NCBI RefSeq assembly: GCF_053078305.1
Contig: NZ_CP166879.1
Direction: 5' to 3' (one strand)
DNA length: 64,000 nucleotides
In this document: positions 11,729-23,039 of the stretch, piece after piece
Position numbering within the stretch: position 1 is the first letter of the stretch
Layout: the number at the start of each line of letters is the position of its first letter
The notes under the pieces: generated by a model
What the model saw: the letters and a program-made list of their open reading frames with translations, nothing else
Databases searched by the model: none
Told to the model about the DNA's origin: nothing
Translations under genes and position numbers: made by a program

Positions 11729-12202
11729 TTATTGCCGCCACGGCATGACAGGAACCGCGCTAATCGCGTTTTTCGGCGAACCTTCTACAACTTTGTCGGA
11801 GTAAGCCAGATAAGCGAGCGCGTTGCGTTTGGCGTCATAAAAGCGCACGACCTGTAACGACTTAAAGACCAGGGACGTGCGTTTTTTGAATACTACCTCG
11901 CCCTGAGCTTTGCCGTTTTTAATACGATCCGACAGTTCAATCGGCCCGACTTGCTGACAAGAAATAGCCGCATCGGAGGTATCTTCCGCCAGACCCAATC
12001 CCCCTTTAATACCACCTGTTTTCGCCCGGCTCACATAACAGGTGACATTTTTCACATCGGGATCGTCAAAGGCTTCCACAACAATTTTGTGATCCGGGCC
12101 GATCATTTTAAATACGGTGTCGACCGAACCAATCTCTTCTGCATGAGCCAATGGCCCCAGCATTATCAGGCTTAAAGACAGGATCAAATGCTTGTATTTC
12201 AT
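11729..12202 (-). CDS. creA: CreA periplasmic protein
   Basis: 157-aa ORF with signal peptide ([21 protein letters not shown]...). Confidence 0.93.
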
Positions 12203-12412
12203 ATTGTTACCATTTTTATCTATTACACGAGCAATTAGTTCGTCACGGTAAATAACATATTGATTAAGAACAAAATCTCAATACTTTTATTTCCGTCAAG
12301 ACCTAAAACATACTCTACTAAGAAAAAAACACTGAATGCTAAAACAGCAAAAAATGCTATTATCCAATTACCTGATGTCAGGTGCTCGTTGTTGAAAGGA
12401 TGAGGATATTTT

Positions 12413-13282
12413 ATGGATCAGGCCGGCATTATTCGCGACCTTTTAATCTGGCTGGAAGGTCATCTGGATCAGCCCCTGTCGCTCGACAATGTAGCGGCGA
12501 AAGCAGGTTATTCCAAGTGGCACTTACAGAGAATGTTTAAAGATGTCACTGGCCATGCTATTGGCGCGTATATTCGTGCTCGTCGTTTGTCGAAATCGGC
12601 GGTCGCACTACGCCTGACTGCGCGTCCGATTCTGGACATCGCGCTGCAATACCGCTTCGACTCTCAACAGACATTTACCCGCGCATTCAAGAAGCAGTTT
12701 GCCCAGACTCCTGCACTTTACCGCCGTTCTCCTGAATGGAGCGCCTTTGGTATTCGCCCGCCGCTGCGTCTGGGTGAATTCACCATGCCAGAGCATAAAT
12801 TTGTCACCCTGGAAGATACGCCGCTGATTGGTGTTACCCAGAGCTACTCCTGTTCGCTGGAGCAAATCTCTGATTTCCGCCATGAAATGCGTTATCAGTT
12901 CTGGCACGATTTTCTCGGCAACGCGCCGACCATTCCGCCAGTGCTCTACGGCCTGAATGAAACGCGTCCGAGTCAGGATAAAGACGACGAACAAGAGGTA
13001 TTCTATACCACCGCGTTAGCCCAGGATCAGGCAGATGGCTATGTACTGACGGGGCATCCGGTGATGCTGCAGGGCGGCGAATATGTGATGTTTACCTATG
13101 AAGGTCTGGGAACCGGCGTGCAGGAGTTTATCCTGACGGTATACGGAACGTGCATGCCAATGCTCAACCTGACGCGCCGTAAAGGTCAGGATATTGAGCG
13201 ATACTACCCGGCAGAAGACGCCAAAGCGGGAGATCGCCCAATTAATCTGCGCTGTGAACTGCTGATTCCGATCCGTCGTTAA
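12413..13282 (+). CDS. rob: AraC/XylS-family right-origin-binding protein Rob
   Basis: 289-aa ORF recognised as Rob (MDQAGIIRDLLIWLEGHLDQPLSLDNVAAKAGYSKWHLQRMFK...). Confidence 0.96.
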   Translation: MDQAGIIRDLLIWLEGHLDQPLSLDNVAAKAGYSKWHLQRMFKDVTGHAIGAYIRARRLSKSAVALRLTARPILDIALQYRFDSQQTFTRAFKKQFAQTPALYRRSPEWSAFGIRPPLRLGEFTMPEHKFVTLEDTPLIGVTQSYSCSLEQISDFRHEMRYQFWHDFLGNAPTIPPVLYGLNETRPSQDKDDEQEVFYTTALAQDQADGYVLTGHPVMLQGGEYVMFTYEGLGTGVQEFILTVYGTCMPMLNLTRRKGQDIERYYPAEDAKAGDRPINLRCELLIPIRR

Positions 13283-13926
13283 CGCTGCAGCTCATCTAAT
13301 GCAGGGGCGTCCAGATGCGAGATGTCCCCTGCGGTTTCAACGACCCAGCCAGACGCCAGCCACAGGCTTTCCTGATAATCCACGCGCGAAATAGAACAGT
13401 TACGCAGACGTAAGCGGCGCTCTGCCCATGCTGGTAATCCGAGAATCGTACTCACCAGGCATCCCAGTGCAATACCATGGCTCACCAGCAGCGGTCGGCT
13501 TCCCTGCGGTAAGTCCCGGCAAGATTCCAGAGCCGCATTGACGCGATCGCTGAGCTCCTGCATTGACTCGCCTTCAGGAATACGCCCGTCAACGGTGCCA
13601 TTGACCAGCTGCCGACGCCAGTTCTCTTCTTCTTCGGTCAGAGAATCGATATGTCTTTTTTCCAGCACACCCATGTTTAATTCACGCAGGCGAGAATCAA
13701 AGATGATGTCACAGCCGCAGGCCTGGGCGATGATTTCCGCCGTACGCCGGGTGCGTCCTAAATCGCTACTGATGATATGCGTAATGCCAAGCTCTTTGGC
13801 ACGGGTTGCCACCTGCATCGCCTGTTGCTCACCTTTGGCGGTCAGCGGGCTGTCAGACTGGCCCTGAATACGTCGCTCGGCGTTCCACTGCGTTTCACCG
13901 TGGCGGACAAGGTATACCTGTAACAT
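13279..13926 (-). CDS. gpmB: Probable phosphoglycerate mutase GpmB
   Basis: 215-aa ORF (MLQVYLVRHGETQWNAERRIQGQSDSPLT...), histidine phosphatase motif RHGE; its stop overlaps the rob stop on the opposite strand. Confidence 0.95.
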   Translation of the reverse strand: MLQVYLVRHGETQWNAERRIQGQSDSPLTAKGEQQAMQVATRAKELGITHIISSDLGRTRRTAEIIAQACGCDIIFDSRLRELNMGVLEKRHIDSLTEEEENWRRQLVNGTVDGRIPEGESMQELSDRVNAALESCRDLPQGSRPLLVSHGIALGCLVSTILGLPAWAERRLRLRNCSISRVDYQESLWLASGWVVETAGDISHLDAPALDELQR

Positions 13927-13965
13927 GCTTTTTTTCCGTATACTGCTGTAACGTTAATTTTCTGA

Positions 13966-14490
<525 letters not shown>

Positions 14491-14494
14491 GCGC

Positions 14495-14978
<484 letters not shown>

Positions 14979-15052
14979 TTAGCGGGGGAAGCAAAATGCC
15001 TCCCCCGGTTGTACTCGCTAAAGAGTACGATAGCATATCATAAACGTGCGGA

Positions 15053-16990
15053 TCAGTAACGACGTCCCCATTCCGTGGCACTCATCAACGTCGGTTTATC
15101 CCCCATGAAATAGCGGTAGTAAGCGTCATAAGCCAGCACGTTCTTCACATAACCGCGCGTCTCGGAGAATGGAATACTCTCGACAAATGCCACTGCGTCG
15201 ATACGCCCGGCGCTGTTGCCAAGCCAGGTTCGCACCCGCCCTGGTCCGGCGTTATAAGCTGCTGAGGAGAAAATACGATTATTGCCAAACTGCTGATAAA
15301 CATATTGCAGGTAACTGGTGCCAATGTTGATATTCGTTTCCGGATCCAGCAATTGCCCAAGACTGCTATAACCGGGAATAGAGAACATCTTCACCGTATG
15401 GGTCGCTGTACCAGGCATAATCTGCATCAGGCCGCTGGCCCCTACCGGTGATTTCACTTTCGGATTCCAGGCGCTCTCCTGACGAGCAATCGCCATCGCA
15501 TAGCTTTGCGGGATCTCCTTACCGCTGGTGTAGCGTTTGAAAAGATCGTTGTAAGCCAGCGGGAATCGCTCTTCCAGATGATCCCACAGCTTCCCGGCGA
15601 TCGTTGCCTGAACGCTAAGATCCCACCATTGGTTGTTGAAAGCATACCGCGCCAGTTGAGCTTGCTCTGTTTTTGACTTGCTCTTCACCAGATTGGCCCA
15701 CTCGCTACGCGCGGTGTTATCGAGATTCCAGTACATCAACTCGCGCACGCGCGCCATCTCCGGCCCCTCAGTCAGGGCGCTGTCAACATTCTGCGGCGCT
15801 TTATCAATCTTCAGCTCATACTCTTCGCCGATGCGTTGTGCTGCAACCATCGGGTAGAAACCACGCTGTTGCATGAGTTGATGCAAAATCTCTTTCGCTT
15901 CAGCTTCACGTCCGCGTTCCAGCAATAAATCCGCCTGCCAGTAACGCCATTCATCTTTCTCTTTCGCCTCCATCGGCAAACGCGCCAGCCAGGTATTCAG
16001 GCCGCGACGATCACCGGTGCCAAGCGCCATTCGCACACGGCGTTCAATCAACGACGTGGATTGCGAGCGCATAATGGCGTCATCGCGCCATTTCGCCTGC
16101 TCGTCGGTGACATCGTTGCCCATCAAACGCCAGGCGACGATATCGCGCAGCTCCTGAATCTGATCTTCATTAAGCTGCTGCGCCTGGGCAAGCGATGGGA
16201 TCATCAGCCGTGCACTCTCAGCATCCTGCCGCGCCACACTGGCAAACGCCACCGCCGCCATTTGACGGGTAAAATCGGTCGCTCCGGTTGTACGCGCGAA
16301 GGTCAGTACCGTATTAGGGTTGTTCGCCAGTGAAATGATTGCCGAGGCGATAGTCTGGTAATCGGCAGGCATCTGCCCTGCCAGCACTGTTACCAGGCCA
16401 GTGTTACCCGCTTTCATCGCCAGACGGATACGCTCTAAATACGCCAGCGGATCTTGTTTACCTGACGCACGCCAGACACTAAATAACTTGTCACAGGCGT
16501 TAGGCTGGCTCTTGCCGGTTAGCCACAGCTCTTTCGCCCCTTGCCAGGCTTCTTCACTCTGCCCGGTGTTCCATTTCGCATAGTAGTAATTACATTGTGC
16601 TTCGGTAGCTCCGGGCTTTTCCGGGCTAAAGGCTAACAGGCCACGCCAGTCTTCACGCCGCGCCAGTTCATTGACGAAACGAGATTGCAGCGTGCGAGCG
16701 GGAGGAAGCGTGGGGTTAGCGCGAACAAAGTTAGTGACCGTCACCGCCGGTTGATTCATCAGGTCATCGGTGATCTGGCGGTATTCCAGGTAGGGATAAA
16801 GCGGATAATCCTTCAGTCCAGGCATCATTTGTTCGACCACATCCATTTGTCGATTATCCCAGGCCTGCTTGATTTGCGCGTAACGACTACGCTGCTCATC
16901 CAGTGAGTCGGCTCGCGCCACGCTGCTGACCGTCAGCAGACAGACACCGGCAGCCAACAGCCGCCAGGTAACTTGTTTGGCTTTTTCCAC
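15053..16990 (-). CDS. slt: Soluble lytic murein transglycosylase Slt70
   Basis: ORF 15053..17020; start placed at the in-frame GTG giving MEKAKQVTWRLLAAGVCLLTVSSVARA (645 aa). Confidence 0.95.
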   Translation of the reverse strand: MEKAKQVTWRLLAAGVCLLTVSSVARADSLDEQRSRYAQIKQAWDNRQMDVVEQMMPGLKDYPLYPYLEYRQITDDLMNQPAVTVTNFVRANPTLPPARTLQSRFVNELARREDWRGLLAFSPEKPGATEAQCNYYYAKWNTGQSEEAWQGAKELWLTGKSQPNACDKLFSVWRASGKQDPLAYLERIRLAMKAGNTGLVTVLAGQMPADYQTIASAIISLANNPNTVLTFARTTGATDFTRQMAAVAFASVARQDAESARLMIPSLAQAQQLNEDQIQELRDIVAWRLMGNDVTDEQAKWRDDAIMRSQSTSLIERRVRMALGTGDRRGLNTWLARLPMEAKEKDEWRYWQADLLLERGREAEAKEILHQLMQQRGFYPMVAAQRIGEEYELKIDKAPQNVDSALTEGPEMARVRELMYWNLDNTARSEWANLVKSKSKTEQAQLARYAFNNQWWDLSVQATIAGKLWDHLEERFPLAYNDLFKRYTSGKEIPQSYAMAIARQESAWNPKVKSPVGASGLMQIMPGTATHTVKMFSIPGYSSLGQLLDPETNINIGTSYLQYVYQQFGNNRIFSSAAYNAGPGRVRTWLGNSAGRIDAVAFVESIPFSETRGYVKNVLAYDAYYRYFMGDKPTLMSATEWGRRY

Positions 16991-17200
16991 AAGCGCATCC
17001 TCTAAGTGTAAATACATCAATGCAGCGTCATGCCGCGTAATAGATTTATGCTAACCAGTCATTGCCGTTTACGCCACGTTACGGACACTTTTTTACTTTT
17101 ACTGCGAAGGTGATCGACCAACTGGGATTAGGCGGGGAAAAAGGCTACACTTCGCCTTTGAAAACTCATCATCACGATAAACATAGAGGCGAAGTCCAAC

Positions 17201-18868
17201 GTGGCTCAATTCGTTTATACCATGCATCGTGTCGGCAAAGTTGTTCCGCCGAAACGTCATATTTTGAAAAACATCTCTCTGAGTTTCTTCCCTGGGGCAA
17301 AAATTGGTGTCCTGGGTCTGAATGGCGCGGGTAAGTCCACCCTGCTGCGCATTATGGCGGGCATTGATAAAGACATCGAAGGTGAAGCGCGTCCGCAGCC
17401 AGACATCAAGATTGGTTATCTGCCGCAGGAACCGCAGCTGAACCCGGAACACACCGTGCGTGAGTCCATTGAAGAAGCGGTTTCAGAAGTGGTTAACGCC
17501 CTGAAACGCCTGGATGAAGTGTATGCGCTGTACGCCGATCCGGATGCCGATTTTGACAAGCTGGCCGCTGAACAAGGCCGTCTGGAAGAGATCATTCAGG
17601 CTCACGACGGTCATAATCTGAACGTACAGCTGGAGCGTGCGGCGGATGCGCTACGTCTGCCGGACTGGGACGCGAAAATCGCTAACCTCTCCGGTGGTGA
17701 GCGTCGTCGCGTGGCGTTGTGCCGCCTGCTGCTGGAAAAACCAGACATGCTGCTGCTCGACGAACCGACCAACCACCTGGATGCCGAATCCGTGGCCTGG
17801 CTGGAACGCTTCCTGCACGACTTCGAAGGCACCGTGGTGGCGATTACCCACGACCGTTACTTCCTCGATAACGTTGCGGGCTGGATCCTCGAACTTGACC
17901 GCGGTGAAGGTATTCCGTGGGAAGGTAACTACTCCTCCTGGCTGGAGCAGAAAGATCAGCGTCTGGCGCAGGAAGCTTCACAAGAAGCGGCGCGTCGTAA
18001 GTCGATCGAGAAAGAGCTGGAGTGGGTACGTCAGGGAACTAAAGGCCGCCAGTCGAAAGGTAAAGCACGTCTGGCACGCTTTGAAGAGCTGAACAGCACC
18101 GAATACCAGAAACGTAACGAAACCAACGAACTGTTTATTCCACCTGGACCGCGTCTGGGCGATAAAGTGCTGGAAGTCAGCAACCTGCGTAAATCCTACG
18201 GCGATCGCCTGCTGATTGATGACCTGAGCTTCTCGATCCCGAAAGGGGCGATCGTCGGGATCATCGGTCCGAACGGCGCGGGTAAATCGACCCTGTTCCG
18301 TATGATCTCCGGTCAGGAACAGCCGGACAGCGGCACCATCACTTTGGGTGAAACGGTGAAACTGGCATCGGTTGATCAGTTCCGTGACTCAATGGATAAC
18401 AGCAAAACCGTTTGGGAAGAAGTTTCAGGCGGGCTGGATATTATGAAGATCGGCAACACCGAGATGCCAAGCCGCGCCTACGTTGGCCGCTTTAACTTTA
18501 AAGGGGTTGATCAGGGTAAACGCGTTGGTGAACTCTCCGGTGGTGAGCGCGGTCGTCTGCATCTGGCGAAGCTGCTGCAGGTTGGCGGCAACATGCTGCT
18601 GCTAGACGAACCAACCAACGACCTGGATATCGAAACCCTGCGCGCGCTGGAAAACGCCCTGCTGGAGTTCCCGGGCTGTGCGATGGTTATCTCGCACGAC
18701 CGTTGGTTCCTCGACCGTATCGCCACGCACATTCTGGATTACCAGGATGAAGGTAAAGTTGAGTTCTTCGAAGGTAACTTTACCGAGTACGAAGAGTACA
18801 AGAAACGCACGCTGGGCGCAGACGCGCTGGAGCCGAAGCGTATCAAGTACAAGCGTATTGCGAAGTAA
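17201..18868 (+). CDS. ettA: Energy-dependent translational throttle ABC-F ATPase EttA
   Basis: 555-aa ORF with two ABC cassettes (Walker A GLNGAGKST and GPNGAGKST; signature LSGGERRR and LSGGERGR). Confidence 0.97.
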   Translation: MAQFVYTMHRVGKVVPPKRHILKNISLSFFPGAKIGVLGLNGAGKSTLLRIMAGIDKDIEGEARPQPDIKIGYLPQEPQLNPEHTVRESIEEAVSEVVNALKRLDEVYALYADPDADFDKLAAEQGRLEEIIQAHDGHNLNVQLERAADALRLPDWDAKIANLSGGERRRVALCRLLLEKPDMLLLDEPTNHLDAESVAWLERFLHDFEGTVVAITHDRYFLDNVAGWILELDRGEGIPWEGNYSSWLEQKDQRLAQEASQEAARRKSIEKELEWVRQGTKGRQSKGKARLARFEELNSTEYQKRNETNELFIPPGPRLGDKVLEVSNLRKSYGDRLLIDDLSFSIPKGAIVGIIGPNGAGKSTLFRMISGQEQPDSGTITLGETVKLASVDQFRDSMDNSKTVWEEVSGGLDIMKIGNTEMPSRAYVGRFNFKGVDQGKRVGELSGGERGRLHLAKLLQVGGNMLLLDEPTNDLDIETLRALENALLEFPGCAMVISHDRWFLDRIATHILDYQDEGKVEFFEGNFTEYEEYKKRTLGADALEPKRIKYKRIAK

Positions 18869-18877
18869 TGCGTAAAA

Positions 18878-18915
18878 TGCCGGATGCGGCGCGCCAGCAC
18901 CGCATCCGGTATTAG
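18878..18915. repeat. REP-like palindrome, probable ettA terminator
   Basis: GCCGGATGCGGCG...CCGCATCCGGT hairpin 10 bp after the ettA stop. Confidence 0.7.
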
Positions 18916-19023
18916 TTAAATGATTAGTCCCCGGAAAAAGGCAGAATTTTCTTTTAGTGTATTAGCTCAGATGCGGACTGACATCTCAAATCAAGCGGGA
19001 ACTCATGATTCCCGCTTAACGTT

Positions 19024-19911
19024 CTATTCACCGCGCAGAATCTGGCGGAAATGGGAAACCAACGGACGTTGGTTGGCTTTATGCCAGGCTGCCCATAATT
19101 GCGTTGAATAATTCATCCACGGCAATTCACGTAATACCACCCCTTCCGGCGCATTATGACGCAGACTATGTTGAATTAAGGCCAGACCTAATCCCGCAGC
19201 GACCAGACCTAATGCCGTGAGGGGTTCACCCGCTTCCAGGCGAATATCAGGATTAAACCCGGCGTTAACACAGGCGGCGACAAAATGATCGCGAGAATGC
19301 GCATCGTCGTTATGAATCACCGCAATCCACTGCTCATCGCCAAGTTGTGACGCGACAAGGTTTTCCTCCTGCGCCAGAGGATGATTTTGCGGTAAGGCCA
19401 ACAACATTCGATCATCCAGAACCTGAATATATTCCAGATCCTGCTCGCTGTCGGTGGGCGGCGTATCGACCAGAGAAAAATCGAGACTGCGCTGGCGCAG
19501 GCCTTCAATCTGGGTAGCCGGTGGTTGGCTGTAAAGTGCGATATGCACATTCGGACGCGATACACGTAACGTACGTAGCGCCGTAGAAAGCACACCGGAA
19601 TGCATGGCGTTTTCGATATAGCCAATACACAAGCCACCATCTTCCCCCCGTCCCAGGCGTTTGCCTAACGACTCCAGGCGGTTGGCGTGTGTCAGCAACG
19701 AACGTGTTTCGGCAAGGAATGTCTGTCCATCAGCGGTCAGGCGAATGCGCTGCTGATTACGCTCAAACAGCGTCAGCCCCAGTCGTTCTTCCAGTTGTGC
19801 AATCTGGCGGCTCAGCGGCGATTGCGAGATATGTAATCGCTCGGCTGCGCGTCCCACGTGCTCTTCTTCTGCGACCACCACGAAGTACTTCAGTTGGCGT
19901 AAATCAATCAT
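19024..19911 (-). CDS. LysR-family transcriptional regulator (accessory island)
   Basis: ORF 19024..20004; start placed at the Met giving MIDLRQLKYFVVVAEEEHVGRAAERLHISQSPLSRQIAQLEE (LysR HTH); divergent from the AKR-SDR-SRPBCC operon. Confidence 0.85.
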   Translation of the reverse strand: MIDLRQLKYFVVVAEEEHVGRAAERLHISQSPLSRQIAQLEERLGLTLFERNQQRIRLTADGQTFLAETRSLLTHANRLESLGKRLGRGEDGGLCIGYIENAMHSGVLSTALRTLRVSRPNVHIALYSQPPATQIEGLRQRSLDFSLVDTPPTDSEQDLEYIQVLDDRMLLALPQNHPLAQEENLVASQLGDEQWIAVIHNDDAHSRDHFVAACVNAGFNPDIRLEAGEPLTALGLVAAGLGLALIQHSLRHNAPEGVVLRELPWMNYSTQLWAAWHKANQRPLVSHFRQILRGE

Positions 19912-19976
19912 GTTAGACCTCAAAGGACTTAAGTCAGACGAATTATGTCCTATCAAGTCACAACCTCGCAAGGTAT

Positions 19977-19992
19977 TGTGATCCACGTCACA
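19977..19992. promoter_or_regulatory. Perfect TGTGA-N6-TCACA palindrome (CRP-like core or regulator operator) in the divergent promoter region
   Basis: TGTGATCCACGTCACA read directly from the sequence between the LysR start (19911) and the AKR start (20045). Confidence 0.35.
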
Positions 19993-20044
19993 GGGCGATA
20001 GCAAAAAAACGCCCTAACCCAAACCGAATAATTGAGGACATCTT

Positions 20045-21055
20045 ATGAGCATTAAAAATTTACTCCCCGGCAAAATTGGCTTAGGCGGCGCACCACTTGG
20101 CAACATGTTCCGTGCCATTCCGGAAGAAGAGGCCCACGCCACCGTGAGCGAAGCCTGGAACCTGGGTGTGCGTTACTTTGATACCGCGCCGCTGTACGGC
20201 TCTGGCCTTTCTGAAATCCGCATGGGTGAAGCGCTGTCTCAGTATCCACGCGATGAATACGTTCTGAGTAGCAAAGTCGGTCGCATCATGCTGGACGAAA
20301 TGGAAGATCCGGCAAAACGGGATTTCGGTGAAAAAGGTGGCCTGTTCGAACACGGCCTGAAAAACAAAATTCTGAATGACTACTCTGCTGACGCCACTCT
20401 GCGCTCGATTGAAGACAGCCTGAAACGCCTGAAAACAGACCGTCTGGATATTGTCTGGATCCACGACCCGGCGCAGGACTTCTACGGTGACAGCTGGCTG
20501 GAGCAGTTCAACATTGCCCGTACCGGTGCATTTCGTGCGCTGACGCGTTTGCGTGACGAAGGTGTGATTAAAGCCTGGGGACTGGGTGTGAACCGCGTCG
20601 AACCTTGCGAACTGACGCTGGCGCTGGACGAACCGAAGCCGGATGCGTTCCTGCTGGCGGGGCGTTATTCCCTGCTGGATCACGAACGTGCGCTGCAACG
20701 CCTGATGCCAGAAGCACTGGAACAGAACGTGGATATCGTTGTGGGCGGTCCATACAGCTCTGGCGTACTGGCAGGCGGCGAGCACTTTGAATATCAGAAA
20801 GCCTCTGCGGCCATCCAGCAGAAAGTGGCGCAAATTAACGCCATTGCCACACGTTTCAATGTGAACGTTAAAGCGGCTGCGCTGCAGTTCGCGCTGGCAA
20901 ACCCGGCCGTTGCAGCGGTTATTCCTGGCTCCAGCCGTCCTGGTCGTATGGCAGAAGATCTGGCTGCACTGAATGCGCCTGTTCCGGCTGAATTCTGGGC
21001 AGAAATGCGCCGTCAAAATCTGGTTGCGGAAAACGCTCCGCTGCCGACCCGTTAA
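20045..21055 (+). CDS. Aldo-keto reductase family oxidoreductase (accessory island)
   Basis: 336-aa ORF with AKR-like N-terminus (GLGGAPLGNMF...YFDTAPLYGSG...); RBS GAGGA upstream. Confidence 0.85.
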   Translation: MSIKNLLPGKIGLGGAPLGNMFRAIPEEEAHATVSEAWNLGVRYFDTAPLYGSGLSEIRMGEALSQYPRDEYVLSSKVGRIMLDEMEDPAKRDFGEKGGLFEHGLKNKILNDYSADATLRSIEDSLKRLKTDRLDIVWIHDPAQDFYGDSWLEQFNIARTGAFRALTRLRDEGVIKAWGLGVNRVEPCELTLALDEPKPDAFLLAGRYSLLDHERALQRLMPEALEQNVDIVVGGPYSSGVLAGGEHFEYQKASAAIQQKVAQINAIATRFNVNVKAAALQFALANPAVAAVIPGSSRPGRMAEDLAALNAPVPAEFWAEMRRQNLVAENAPLPTR

Positions 21056-21074
21056 TCAACCAGGTGAGAAAACG

Positions 21075-21872
21075 ATGAAACTGGATCTGACAGGTAAAGT
21101 CGCGGTGGTCAGCGGCTCAACCTCCGGCATTGGGCAGGGTATCGCCGCCGGACTGGCAAAAGCAGGCGCAACGGTGGTTGTCGTCGGCCGTAAACAGAGC
21201 GGCGTTGATGACGCCATGGCTGCGATTGCGGCACAAACTCCCACAGCGTCACTGCGCGGCGTGGTGGCCGATCTCAGCACCGAAGACGGCGTGGCTGCGC
21301 TGATCGCTGCAGTCCCAACGGCTGATGTGCTGGTCAATAATCTGGGCATTTTTAACGATAAAGATTTCTTTAGCGTTCCGGATGATGAGTGGATGCACTT
21401 CTATAACGTCAACGTCCTCTCCGGCGTTCGTCTGGCGCGTCACTATGCGCCAGGCATGACGGAACAGGGCTGGGGGCGGATTATCTTTGTCTCGTCCGAA
21501 TCCGGCGTGGCAATCCCTGGCGACATGATCAACTACGGCGTCACCAAAGCCGCGAATCTGGCGGTTTCTCATGGTCTGGCGAAACGACTGGCGGGGACCG
21601 GTGTGACCGTCAACGCCATTCTGCCAGGGCCAACCTTTACCGATGGCCTGAAAGAGATGCTGGCGGATGCCGCTGCACAATCGGGACGCAGTGCGCGTGA
21701 ACAGGCCGATGAATTTGTTAAAACCTCGCGTCCGAGCTCCATCATCCAGCGTGCGGCAGATGTGGAAGAAGTGGCGAATCTGGCGGTTTATCTCGCGTCA
21801 CCGCTTTCCTCGGCAACCACAGGGGCAGCCCTGCGCGTCGATGGCGGCGTCGTCGACACCCTGACAATGTAA
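21075..21872 (+). CDS. Short-chain dehydrogenase/reductase (accessory island)
   Basis: ORF 20973..21872; start at MKLDLTGKVAVVSGSTSGIGQGIA (Rossmann TGxxxGIG) with a YxxxK catalytic motif (YGVTK); 19 bp after the AKR gene. Confidence 0.85.
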   Translation: MKLDLTGKVAVVSGSTSGIGQGIAAGLAKAGATVVVVGRKQSGVDDAMAAIAAQTPTASLRGVVADLSTEDGVAALIAAVPTADVLVNNLGIFNDKDFFSVPDDEWMHFYNVNVLSGVRLARHYAPGMTEQGWGRIIFVSSESGVAIPGDMINYGVTKAANLAVSHGLAKRLAGTGVTVNAILPGPTFTDGLKEMLADAAAQSGRSAREQADEFVKTSRPSSIIQRAADVEEVANLAVYLASPLSSATTGAALRVDGGVVDTLTM

Positions 21873-21897
21873 CCCTATAAATTAAGAGAAAATTATC

Positions 21898-22314
21898 ATG
21901 GCTAAAACAACTGTATCGATCGAAATTCCGGCTTCTGGCGACGCCGTATGGCAATTGATGGGCGGCTTTGATGCGCTGCCAGACTGGCTACCATTCATCC
22001 CGAAAAGCGTGGTGACAGAAGGCGGTCGCGTTCGTTCGCTGACAACCTCTGACGGCGGCACTGTGGTTGAACGTCTGGAAGCGTTTGATAACCGTCAACG
22101 CAGTTATACCTATTCCATTATTCAGGCACCGTTCCCGGTGGTGGATTACCTCTCCACCATTACCGTTCATGAAACCGCCGACAGCCAGGTTTCCCGTGTG
22201 GAATGGTTCGGTGAATTCACCCCGGTGAATGTGACGAACGAAGAGGCCGAGGCGCTGTTTACCGGCATCTATCGGGATGGACTCAAGGCGCTTAAGGACA
22301 ACTTTGTTGCCTGA
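21898..22314 (+). CDS. SRPBCC / Bet v1-like (polyketide cyclase-type) small protein
   Basis: 138-aa ORF 25 bp after the SDR gene; size and composition fit SRPBCC ligand-binding proteins; assignment is by resemblance only. Confidence 0.6.
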   Translation: MAKTTVSIEIPASGDAVWQLMGGFDALPDWLPFIPKSVVTEGGRVRSLTTSDGGTVVERLEAFDNRQRSYTYSIIQAPFPVVDYLSTITVHETADSQVSRVEWFGEFTPVNVTNEEAEALFTGIYRDGLKALKDNFVA

Positions 22315-22471
22315 TGCGATCGACAGGCGTCGGCACGTCCGGCGTCTGATTATTAACAAAAACAGAATAGTCTATTGTCATTTGTATCATTTATGTTATC
22401 AGACAGCAGGCGTATTCTCTCCCCATCGCGTTAATAAACGCCAAACAATTAAGACACTCTGGAATATAAAC

Positions 22472-22684
22472 ATGAAAACGATCATCGCAATTTTTACCGC
22501 TTCTCTTTTCTCTGTCGCGGCGTTTAACGCATCGGCGCAAAGCGTGACAGCAACCGGTACAACACTGGATTCCGCTGAAGCGGTTATTGCGCAGAAAGCG
22601 AAAGAGATGAACGCCTCTGAATACAAAATTACCAGCGCTCGCATGGGCAATACCGTCACCATGAGTGCCGAACTGTATAAATAA
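22472..22684 (+). CDS. DUF1471 (YhcN/YdgH-like) small periplasmic stress protein
   Basis: 70-aa ORF with signal peptide MKTIIAIFTASLFSVAAFNASA and the conserved C-terminal motif of the family (...KITSARMGNTVTMSAELYK). Confidence 0.75.
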   Translation: MKTIIAIFTASLFSVAAFNASAQSVTATGTTLDSAEAVIAQKAKEMNASEYKITSARMGNTVTMSAELYK

Positions 22685-22708
22685 TCGCGCGAGGAACCCA
22701 TTACGTAA

Positions 22709-23039
22709 TTTGCTAAATATGCGCTGAATGCGTTGCCATTAATAAACCGTATTGTACTGCCACCGATGACGCGTTCCCGCGCCGGTGCGGGTGACGTTGC
22801 GATTGGCATGATGGCGGAGTATTACGCGCAGCGCGCCAGTGCTGGACTTATCATCAGCGAAGGTACGCAAATCAGCAGAATCGCTGCGCATAATTTTCCA
22901 CGGCACGCTGATTTACTCCGGTAAATACACCAAAGCGCGCGCCGAACAGGCGCTGGCTAACGGCTGGTCGGATCTGATTGGTTTTGGTCGTCCGTATAGT
23001 GCCAGGAGCGGAAGTTGTCGAAGGGTCATAAAGAGCTAA
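22709..23039 (+). pseudogene. Decayed Old Yellow Enzyme (NemA-like) flavin oxidoreductase: N- and C-terminal fragments with an internal deletion and frameshift
   Basis: Frame A reads ...NRIVLPPMTRSRAGAGDVAIGMMAEYYAQRASAGLIISEGTQIS (like the NemA N-terminus); frame B reads ...HGTLIYSGKYTKARAEQALANGWSDLIGFGRPY (like the NemA C-terminal region); no ATG start; the middle two-thirds of the protein is missing. Confidence 0.7.

Noticed and set aside
13279-13282. Overlapping stop codons of convergent rob and gpmB
   Set aside because: Seen in sequence, but this is an ordinary compact gene arrangement and not a novel feature.
20081-21016. 311-aa minus-strand ORF
   Set aside because: Antisense shadow of the aldo-keto reductase gene; no RBS and no recognisable protein features.
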